Both the position numbers and the translations under genes were made by a program. A stretch of 64,000 nucleotides of DNA from Isurus oxyrinchus (Eukaryota): contig JANJGN010000035.1 of NCBI GenBank assembly GCA_026770705.1, forward strand, positions 12,958,001 through 13,022,000, written 5' to 3'. The notes beneath the pieces were generated by a model. It was given only the letters and a program-made list of their open reading frames with translations, ran no database searches and was not told the DNA's origin. Positions 52,898 to 62,572 of the stretch are shown piece after piece. Each line of letters opens with the position of its first letter. Position 1 is the first letter of the stretch.

Positions 52898-55800
52898 GGT
52901 AAATGTGAATGCTCCTTTTCCTTCACCAGATTTGACCGTATCTTTCCCCTGTCCAGTTGTGAATGTGCAAACTTGAATTTACCCCTACTCAATGCAAATG
53001 GGAGTGGATTAGTTCCTTGTCCAGATTTGAGCGTGTCTTTCACCAGTCCTGTTGTGAGTGATTCAGTTCTCTATCCAGGTTTGAATGGGTCTTTCCCCTG
53101 TCCAGTTGGGAGTACATCAGCTCCCTGCCCAGATTTGTGCATGCACTTATCTTGTCCAGTTGTGAAGGCCCCAGTTCCCTGACCTGATTTGAGTGTCTTT
53201 ACCCTATTCAAATGTGAGAATGTCAATTCCTTGTCCAGATTTCAACGTGTATTTACCCAGCCCAATTGTGAGTGTGTGAGTTCCCTGTCCAGATTTAAGT
53301 GTGTCTCTCCCCTGTCCTTTTATGAGTAGGTCAGTTCCCTATCCAGATTTGAGTCTGCCTTTTAGGTAAACTGTCATTTAGGTAAACTGTCCAGTTGTGA
53401 ATACCCCAGTTCCTTGTCTTGATTTGAATGTGTCTTTCCTCTGTCCAGGTGTCAGTGTCCAGTATCTGGCCCAGACTTGAGTGTGTCTCTCCCCTGTCCA
53501 GTTGTGTGCCTGTCAGTTCCCTGCCCAGATATGAGTTTGCATTTGCCCTGTCCAGATGTGTGTAGGTATTTTGCCTGCACAGGTTTGTGTGTGCTATTAT
53601 CCTGTCCAGTTGTGAGACCTCCAGTTCCCTTTTCAGATTTGAGCGTCTCCTTCATTTGTCCTCTTCTGAGTGCTAGTTACCTGTCCAGGTAAGACTGAGC
53701 ATTTACTCTGTCCCACTGTGTGAAGTTATTTTCCCTGTCCAGTTTTGAGTGCATCTTTCCCATGCCTGGGTGTGGGTGTGTGTTTGTGGGTCAGCTCCAT
53801 GTCCAGATATGAGTGCAACTTTACTCTATCCAAAAGTGAGTAGCTCGCTTCCCTGTCCAGATTTGAGTGGGTCTTTAACCTGCCCTGTTGTGAATGCATC
53901 AGTTCCCTGTTCCAATTTAAATGTGCATTTACCCAGCCCAATTATGCAAGAGTCTGGTCCTTGTAGAGATTTGATGAGGCTTTACCCAGCTCAGTTGTGA
54001 GGGCATCAGTTCCCTGTGCAGGTTTGAGTATGTCTTCTCCCTGTCCGGTTGTGAATGGGTCAGTTCCCAGTCCAGATTGGTAAGTGCCTTTCCCCTGTCC
54101 AGGTGTGTGTGTGAGCCTTGCTCCATGTCCAGTTTTGAGTGTGTCTTTCTCCCATTAGGGTGGGTGTGTGAGTCAGCTCCATGTCCAGGCTTGACTGTGT
54201 CTTCTCCCTGCCCAGATGTGAGTAGGTCTGTTGGTTGTCCCCTGCGCAGTTGTGTGTCCGCTACACCCCTGTCCAGGTTTGAATGTGTCATTACCCAGTC
54301 CAGTAGTGAAAGCATCAGGTCCTTGTACAGATTTGAGTTTGTCTTCCCTCTGTCCAGTTCTGAGTGCTTGACCTCACTGTCCAGTGAGTGTGCATTACCC
54401 TGGCCAGTTGCAAAAGATCCGCTCCCCTATCTTGATTTGGATTTTGTCTCTTCCATGTTGTGTTCTGAGTGTCCAGTACCCAGACAAGATTTGAGTATGT
54501 CTTTACCCTATCCAAATGTGAGTCAGTCATTTCCCTGTGCTGAATTGAGTGAGTCTTTGACCTACCCAGTTGTGAATGCATCAGCTCCCTGTTCCAATTT
54601 GAATGTGTATTTACCCAGCCCAGTTGTGTGCGTCTGGTCCTTGTTGATATTCGATGCATCTTTACCCAGACAAAATGTGAAGGCGTCAGTTCCCTATACA
54701 GCTTTGAGTGTGCCTTTACGCTATACAAGTGTGAATAGATCAATTTCCGGGTCCAGATTTGAGTGTCTTTCATTTGCCCTCATGTGTGTTAATCACCTGT
54801 CCAGGTATGTATGTCCGTTTAGTCTGTCCTGCTGTGTGAAGGCATTTTCCCTGCTCAGAATAAAGTGTATCTATCCCGCATCTGAGTGTGTGTGGGTCAA
54901 CCCCAGATTCAGATGTGAGTGTGTCATTACCCTGCCCAGTTGTGTGTGGGTCAGCTCCTTGTGCGGTTTTGTGTCTTTTGCCAGTCATGTTGCGAGTGGG
55001 CCAGTTCTCTGTCCAGATTTGAATGTGCCCTTTCCCCTGTCCAGTTTTAAGTGGGTCACTTCACTGTCCAGATATAGGTGTGTCTTTACCCTGTCCATTT
55101 ACGTGCCTGTAGTTTTCCAGTCCAAGATTGAGAATGCAATCATCCTGCCTGTTGTTGCTACCCCGGCTCCCTGTCCAGTTTTGAGTCTGTCTTCACCCTG
55201 TCCAGTTGTGAATGCTCCAGTTCCCTGTCCAGGTTTGAGTCTGCTCGTTCCCTTCCTAGATGTGAGTACCCAGTGCCCGGCCCAGACTTGCCTGTGTTTT
55301 TATTCTATCCAAATGTGACTGTGACAGTTCCCAGCCCAAATTTGAGTGTGTCCTTCCCCTTTCCTGTTGCAACTGTGGCAACTCACTGCCAGGGTTTGAG
55401 TGTGGCTTTACCTTGCCCAGTTGGGAGTGGCTCAATTCTCTGTCCAGACGTGAATGCATCTTTCCCCTATCCAGATGTGACTGTGCAGGGCTATTTTCCC
55501 AGTACAGATTTGATTTGTTTGTGGCATTGCCCTGTCCAGCTCTGAGCGCTCCAGTTCCCTGTCGAGGGTCGAGTGTGCCTTTACCCTGCCCAGACCTGAG
55601 TGGGTCAGTTCCTGGCTGGGTTCAAGTGCGTTGTTTCCTGTCCAGTTCTGGGTGCTTCAGCTCCCTGTCCAGCCTCTAGCAAGCCCTGTGGTGACTGGAT
55701 CAATTGCTTGCCGAGATTCGATTTTGCCAGTTGTGAGTCTGTTAGATCCCTTTATGGATTTGAATGTCTTTAGCCTGTCTGGCTGTGAGTGGGTCAGTTC

Positions 55801-56375
55801 CCCTGTCCAAACTTGAGTGCTTTTTAATTTGTCTTCTGCTCAGAGTCAGTCAGTTCACTGTCCAGTTTTCAGTGTGTTTTTGATTCTTCCTGTTTTATGT
55901 TTTAATCACCTGTCCAGATGTGAGTCTGCCTTCACCCTGTCCCACTGTGTGCAGGTATTTTCCCTGTACAGACCTAGTGTGTTTTTTTCCTGTTTTTGTG
56001 GGTGTGGGTCAGCTCCATGTCCAGGTACGAGTGTGTCCTTTCTCCGCCCAGATGTGAGTGGTACAGGTCCCTGTCATGAGTGTGCCTTTACCCTGTCCAG
56101 ATGTTTGTAGGTATATTCTAGATATGTGTGTGTACAATTCCCCTCTCCAGTTGTGACTTCTTCAGTTCCCTGTCTAGATTTGAGTGTGTCTTCCCCCTGC
56201 CCAGTTGTGTGTGCTCCAGGTCCGTGTCCTGATTTGAGTGTGTGATTAACCTGCGAAGCTCGAGTGCATTAGATCCCATTCCCATCATTGACTTGTCCTC
56301 TTGTGAGTGGGCCAATAACCTTTCCAGATTTGAGCCTGTCCTTAATTATATTCCTTTTGTAAGTGTGTTAGTCAA

Positions 56376-57252
56376 CTGTCCAGATTTGAGAGTGCCTGTG
56401 CACTGTCCAGCTGTGTGTAGGTATTTTCCCTGTGCAGATTTGAGAGTGCCAGTGCACTGTCCAGCCATGTGAAAGTATTTTCCCTGTCCAGATTTGAGAA
56501 TTCCTTTGCACTGTCCAGCTGTGAAGGTATTTTCCCTGTCCAGATTTGAGAATGCCTGTGCACTGTCCAGCTGTGTGTAGGTATTTTCCCTATCCAGATT
56601 TGAGAGTGCCTGTGCACTGTCCAGCTGTGTGAAGGTATTTTCCCTGTCCAGATTTGAGAGTGCCTGTGCACTGTCCAGCTGTGTGAAGGTATTTTCCCTA
56701 TCCAGATTTGAGAGTGCCTGTGCACTGTCCAGCTGTGTGTAGGTATTTTCCCTGTGCAGATTTGAGAGTGCCTGTGCACTGTCCAGCTGTGTGAAGGTAT
56801 TTTCCCTATCCAGATTTGAGAGTGCCTGTGCACTGTCCAGCTGTGTGTAGGTATTTTCCCTATCCAGATTTGAGAGTGCCTGTGCACTGTCCAGCTGTGT
56901 GTAGGTATTTTCCCTGTGCAGATTTGAGAGTGCCTGTGCACTGTCCAGCTGTGTGAAGGTATTTTCCCTGTCCAGATTTGAGAGTGCCTGTGCACTGTCC
57001 AGCCGTGTGAAGGTATTTTCCCTGTCCAGAATTGAGAGTGCCTGTGCACTGTCCAGCCGTGTGAAGGTATTTTCCCTGTCCAGATTTGAGAGTGCCTGTG
57101 CGCTGTCCAGCTGTGTGAAGGTATTTTCCCTGTCCAGATTTGAGAGTGCCTGTGCACTGTCCAGCTGTGTGAAGGTATTTTCCCTGTCCAGATTTGAGAG
57201 TGCCTGTGCACTGTCCAGCTGCGTGAAAGTATTTTCCCTGTCCAGATTTGAG
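56376..57252 (+). repeat. Young, near-perfect 54-bp minisatellite (~16 copies) derived from the satellite dimer
   Basis: Unit CTGTCCAGATTTGAGAGTGCCTGTGCACTGTCCAGCTGTGTG(A/T)AGGTATTTTCC, with only a few variant positions and one 2-bp deletion near 56520. It gives the repeating LDRENTFTQLDSAQALSN ORF on the minus strand. Confidence 0.96.
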
Positions 57253-58503
57253 CACGCCTTTGCCATGTCTGGTGGTGAATGCCCCAGATCCCTGCCTTGG
57301 TTCAAGTGCGTGTTTACTCAGAGCAGATTTGAGTACATCACGTCCTTGTACAGATTTGAGTGTGTCTTTCTCCTGTCCGACTGTAAATGGGTCAGTTCCC
57401 TTTCCAGGTTTGAGTGTGTCTTTAGTTTATCCATATGTGCATATGACAGTTCCTATCTGGATTTGAGTGTGAGTTTACCTTGCCCAGTTGTGATTGGCTC
57501 AGTTCCCTGTCCAGACATGAGTGCATCTTTCCCTTGTGAGTGTTTAGCTATTTTCCCTGTGCAGACTTGTGTGTGTGTGCCAATACCCTGTCCAGTGGTG
57601 AGCGCCCTAGTTCCCTCTTGAGACTCGAGTGTGCCTTTACCCTACCCAGATTTGAGTGGGTCATCTTCCTGCCCAGGTTTGTGTGTATCTTCCCCCTGTC
57701 TGGTTGAGAGTGCGCCAGTCCCCTCTCCAGTTTTTAGCATGCCTTTCCCTTGCCTAGTTGCTTGCACCCCAGTTTCCTGGCCAGACTTGAGTGTGCCTTT
57801 ACCAGTTAAGTCCGGTGGCATGTGGGTCAGTTCCCTGTTGAGATTTGATTAGGTCCTTTCCCTATCCGGCTGGGAGTGGGTCACTTCCCCATCAAGATTT
57901 GAGCCTGACTTTTGCCTGTCTGGTTTTGAGTGGATCAGTTCCCTGTCCTGATTTGATTGTGCTACTAACCTGCAAATTTTGAGCACATTAGATCTCATCC
58001 CCCGTCTTGATTTAAGTGAGTCTTTACACGGTCCAGATGTGTGTAGGTATTATTATCCCTGTCCAGGTTTGAGCGTGTCTTTACCGTGCACAGATGTGAG
58101 AGGGTCCATTCCTCATTGGGATTTGTTATGTCTTTCACCTGTCCAGTAGTGAGTGTGCCAGTTCACTGTCCACATTTGAGTGTGTGATTTCCCTGTCCGG
58201 ATGTGTGTAGGATTTTCCCTGTCCAGATTTGAGTGTGTATTTCCACTGACCAGTTGTGAGTGGGTCATTTCCCTTTCTAGATTCGAATGTGCCTTTCCCC
58301 TCTCGTGAGTGTGTCAGTTCCCTGTCCAGACATGAGCGTGCCATTACCTGCCCGCTTACGAATGGGTCAATCCCCTGTCGAGATTTGAGTGCCTATTTTC
58401 CACTGTCCAGTCGTGAGTGGGTCAGTTCCCAGTCCAGATTTATCCCTGTCTTTCCCCTGTCCAGTTCCGAGTGCTCCTGATCTCTTTGTCCGGATCTGAA
58501 CAT

Positions 58504-59177
58504 GGCCAGGGTTTTCAGATTGGAGCTTCCCTTCCCACCATCCCGGGAGTTAGTGGCGAACACATCCCCAGCCCAAAGGGGCTGCCCCACCGCCGTTTCG
58601 CGCTCCAATGGCCTGTCTAGTTCCTGCGGCACCCGAAAATGCAGTCTCCAGGACTGCAATTCCCCAGAGAGTTACGCTTTGGAATTCCAGGACACGGTAA
58701 GTTTTGGGAATCTCAGGATGGGGGGCAGTGGTGAGGCCCAGTGGGGGTGGCATAGGAGGTGGCGGTTGAGGGGGGTGGGGGAGGTGTTTTTGGAGAGGGT
58801 GGGTGGAGGGAGGACCTGCAGGGACCGGACGTTCTTAGGGGCACCCGATGTTAAAAGGGGGGCCGTAGACAGAGGCTCTCACCTCACTCCCACCTTCCCT
58901 CACGAGACCTTAACAGGGTTGATATTTCCTGCTGCCCCTTCCCCCCCCCCCCACCCCACCCATACCCAGAACACGCCCTCCAGCCTGAAAGTTGAGGCTG
59001 GGCAGGGAACAGCCATTCAGCGGTCAGTAATTGACCACAATTGGAGCAAGAGTGGGCGGCCTCACCTGTCCAAGCATAAAATTGCAGAGAGCTCGGGACG
59101 GGCAAGAATCATCCGAGGAGTTTCAATCTCGCCCGCAGCCTGTAAACCAGCCAGCAGAGGAATGTAAAATTCTGCCT
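58504..59177. mobile_element. GC-rich non-autonomous TIR element (MITE-like, possibly PIF/Harbinger-type)
   Basis: Left end GGCCAGGGTTTT versus reverse complement of the right end AGGCAGAATTTT (8/12). It interrupts a B monomer (GATCTGAA|...|TGTGTCTTTG). The 3-bp flanks CAT and TGT are compatible with a decayed 3-bp TSD. G-rich and C-rich internal tracts. Superfamily is inferred. Confidence 0.65.
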
Positions 59178-59667
59178 TGTGTCTTTGCCCTGCCCAGTTC
59201 GGAGCGTTGCTCTTCCTCTGTCCAGAATTTGAGTGCATCTTTGTCCTCTCCAGATGTGTGTCTATATTTTCCAGACCTGCAGTTGAGAGTGTCACTGTTC
59301 CAATTCCCTGTCCAGATTTTAGTGGTGTCTTTAACCATCTTAGTTGTTCGTGTCAGATCCTTGTAGCATGCCTTTAGCCTGCCCAGCTATGTGTGTCAGC
59401 TCCCTGTCCAGATATGTATAGGTGCTTTCTCTGTCCAGATTTGAGTGCGCATTTACCCTTCTCCGCTTGTGAATGTATCCGGTCCATGTGCAGATGCGTG
59501 TGTCTTTGCTGGCCCTGTTCTTAATGGGTCAGGTTGCTGTCTAGATTATGGTGTGTCTATATCAAGGCCAGTCCTGGGTGCTCCTGTTCCTCTATCCAGA
59601 GTTGAGTTTGCCTTTACCCTATCCAGATGTGTGCCTGTATTTTCCGAGACGACATATGAGAGTGCAA

Positions 59668-60011
59668 TTTTTTTTTCTATTCATGGGATGTGGGTGTCAC
59701 TGGCTAGGCCAGCATTCATTGCCCATCCCTAATTGCCTTTGTTAAGAGGACATTTAAGAGTCAACCACATTGCTGTGGGTCTGGAGTCACATGTAGGCCA
59801 GACCAGGTAAGGACGGCAGATTTCCTTCCCTAAAGAGCATTAGTGAACCAGATGGGTTTTTACATGATTACCATTAGACTTTTAATTCTGATTTCCACTG
59901 AGTTCAAATTCTACCATCTGCCATAGCAGGATTTGAACCCAGACTCCCAGAGCACTGCCCAATGACTCTGGATTACTAATCCAGCAACAAAACCACTACG
60001 CCATCACCTCC
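59668..60011 (-). mobile_element. tRNA-derived SINE with Deu-like core (resembles shark SacSINE1) and LINE-type 3' tail
   Basis: On the minus strand: A box TGGCGTAGTGG (59993-60003), B box GGTTCAAATCC (59929-59939), core AAACCCATCTGGTTCACTAATG...GGGAAGGAAATCTGCCGTCCTTACCTGGTCTGGCCTACATGTGACTCCAGACCCACAGCAATGTGGTTGACTCTTAA, and tail ...CCCACATCCCATGAATAGA(n). Possible TSD TGCAAT (59663-59668) / TGTAAT (60014-60019). The family name is from recall, not from a search. Confidence 0.85.
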
Positions 60012-61169
60012 TTTGTAATACTGCCCGTTGTTGCTGTTCCAGTTCCCTGTCCAGATTCGAGTGTGTCATTACCTATCTCAGCTGTCAGTGTGCCGGATCT
60101 TCCTCCAGGGTTGAGTGTGTTTACCACACCCAATTGTGAGTGTGTCAGCTCACTGTCTAAATTTGAGTGTGTCTTTCCCTTGTTCAGTAGTGAGTGGGTC
60201 AGTTCCCAGTCCAGATATGAGTGTGCATTTACGCTGTCCAGATCTGTGTAGGTATTTTCCCTGTCCAGATTTCAGTGTGTCTTTACCCTATCCTATCCAG
60301 GATAGGATACCTTATCCAGTTGTGAACGTTCTTGTTCCCTGTCCATATTTGAGTATGTCTTTACCCTGCCTAGTTGTGAATGCTCTGGTTCCCTGTCCAG
60401 ATTTAATTTGTCTTTACTGTGTCTAGTTGAGTGTCCAGTGCCCAGTCCTGACTCAAGTTTGTCTTTACCCTATCCACATATGGTGTGGGTCAGTTCCCTG
60501 CCCATATTTGAATGTGTATCTGCCTAACCCTGTTTTGAATGCATTGCTTCCTTGCAGCGATTTGAATGTGTCTTTAACTTGCCAGTTGTGACAGCATCAG
60601 GTCCCTCTCCAGGTTTGAGAATGTCATTCCCCTGCCCAGGTGAGAGTATTCCTGTTTCCTGTCCAGAATTGAGTGTTTCCTTTATTCTCCCAAGGTTTGA
60701 GTGTGGGCTATTGATGTCAAGATGTGTGTTTGTCTTTCTCCTGCAATGTTCTGAGTGGGTCAGCTCCTTGTCCAGATTTGAATGAGTATTTATCCAGCTC
60801 CGTTAGGTGTGTGTCAGGTCCCTGCACAGATTTGAATGTGTCTTTACCCTGCCCAGATGTGAGAGGGCAAGTTCCCTGTCCAGATTTGAGTGTGCCCTTT
60901 ATCTGTCCAATTCTGAGTGTTCCTGTTCCTCTGTCCAGATTTGAGTGTTCTTCCCTTGCCCATTGTGTGTCTGTCCAGATTTGAGTGTGCCTTTCCCCTG
61001 ACCAGTTGTGCATCCAATGCCCTGTCCAGGCATGAGTGTAACTTAACCCTACCCACACGTGAGTAAGCCACTTCCCTGTCTACATTTGAATGTCTATTTC
61101 CCCAGCCCAGCTGTGAGTGTGGCAGGTTCTTGTTCCAGATTTGAGAGTGCCTTTACTCTTGGCCAGATA

Positions 61170-61397
61170 TGTTATGGACTTGATTTTCCAGACAGGTTTC
61201 TCATTAGAAACATCAAACTTTATTTACAGGCTGCAGCAGCAGTTACACACTTCCATCAAGCTCCACGACTAGAAGAACTTCCACCCTAAGGTTCCCTGCA
61301 CTTAGAGCTGATTTGTTCACACTGGCATGTGTTACTCTACAATACAATAAGTCTGAAAGCTACAGTGACTACATTCTTTAAAAATACAATTACTAAA
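61170..61397 (-). mobile_element. Short (228-bp) solo-LTR-like element with a 5-bp TSD
   Basis: Begins TGTTATGG and ends CTAAA (the second copy shows CAACA at this position, i.e. TG...CA termini). Flanks AGATA (61165-61169) and AGATG (61398-61402). TTTATT at 61219-61224. Confidence 0.72.
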
Positions 61398-61699
61398 AGA
61401 TGTGAGTGCATCAATTCCCTGTCCAGATTTGAGTATGTCTTTACTCTTGCCCAGTGGTGATTATATCATTTGCTTGTACAGCTTTGAAAGCCTTTTTTTC
61501 CCCTTTTCCTTTTATGAAATCTTCAGTTCCTTCTTCAGGTTTGAGTTTACCTCTCCCTGTCCAGTTGTGAGTGTGTCAGTCCTCTATCCAGTCTTGAATG
61601 TGTCTCTACCATGCACAGTTATGAGTGGGTGATTTCCCTGTCCAGGTTTGAGTCTGTCTTTACTTTATCCCATTGTGAGTGGGTCAGTTCACTGTTTTG

Positions 61700-61921
61700 A
61701 GGGAATTGATGCACTCACATCTTGTTGCAATTGATGCTTTAAGGGGTGTAGTGACTGCAGCTTTAAGACTTACTGTGTCGTATAGTAACACATGACAGTG
61801 TGAACGAATCAGCTCTAGTGCGGAACCTTAGAGTGGGAGATCTTCTTCTAGTTGTGGAGTTTGATTGAAACATGTAACTGCTGCTGCAGCCTATAAATAA
61901 AGTTTGATAACGAGAAACCTG
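61700..61921 (+). mobile_element. Inverted partial copy of the 61170-61397 element plus 23 nt of its satellite flank
   Basis: 61700-61722 AGGGAATTGATGCACTCACATCT is the exact reverse complement of 61398-61420. 61723-61921 is a diverged reverse complement of the LTR-like element (TGTTGC... start, TGTAACTGCTGCTGCAGCCT, AATAAA at 61896-61901). It is truncated at GAGAAACCTG. Confidence 0.88.
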
Positions 61922-62326
61922 CCCAGTTGGGAGTGTTCCAATCTCCCGTCCAGAGCTGAGTGTACCATTCCCAGTCAAGATGTTGAATGGGCCAGGACCT
62001 TGTGCATATTTGAGTGTGCCTTTTCCCTGCCCAGTTGTGAGTGGGTCAGTGCCTGTATTAGATTTCAGTGCCTTTTTGCATGGCCAGTAATTGGGTATGT
62101 TCCCAGTTTGAATTTGAGCATGTCTTCACCCTACTCAGTTGTATGTATGTCAGACTGCGTGCCTTTTTCGCCTGCCATCTTGTGAGTGTGTCCCTTTTCA
62201 GACTTGAGTGTGCCTTTACCCTGTCCTGCAGTGAATGTGTCTGCCTCTGGTGCAGATTTGAGACTGTCTTTATCTGCCCTGTCAAACCTGAGCCTGTCTT
62301 TACCCAGCCCAGATGTGACTGGGTCA

Positions 62327-62572
62327 TATTTTAACTTGAGTTCAGGGTCTAGATGGAGGGTTTTTTTTTGCCTGTTTCGCTCAGAAAGATACTCTACTCT
62401 GTAATTTTTAAAAAATAAATATTTCTGTTTTTTCTAGATCTTTATATATCTCAGCAACTGTACATGAGGCTGTTCTTCTGCTTCCTGGACTTACTCAGTC
62501 ATGTGACATTGAATCATTGTTACATAAGTTGTTACATCAGTACCAGGTGCTCCTGATGTTAACTCTACTACA
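62327..62572. mobile_element. 246-bp insertion with a perfect 5-bp TSD (GGTCA), solo-LTR-like
   Basis: GGTCA at 62322-62326 and 62573-62577 splits an A monomer (GGGTCA|GTTCCC). The insert starts TATTTT (possibly TG>TA) and ends ACTACA. Confidence 0.72.

Noticed and set aside
54077-55318. Longest ORF (413 aa)
   Set aside because: It lies wholly in diverged satellite, starts at a non-ATG codon and alternates between the LSRFEC and PCPVV registers. This indicates chance continuation through indels rather than a maintained frame.
56346-57305. 319-aa minus-strand ORF with perfect 18-aa repeats
   Set aside because: A by-product of the young 54-bp expansion. Several frames are equally open and there is no gene context.
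58502-59167. 221-aa ORF spanning the GC-rich insert
   Set aside because: No recognisable transposase or other motif. Long ORFs are expected in GC-rich sequence and it coincides with a MITE-like element.
59929-60011. Possible tRNA gene (A and B boxes)
   Set aside because: It is the head of a SINE, continuing into core and LINE-derived tail. No complete cloverleaf is evident.
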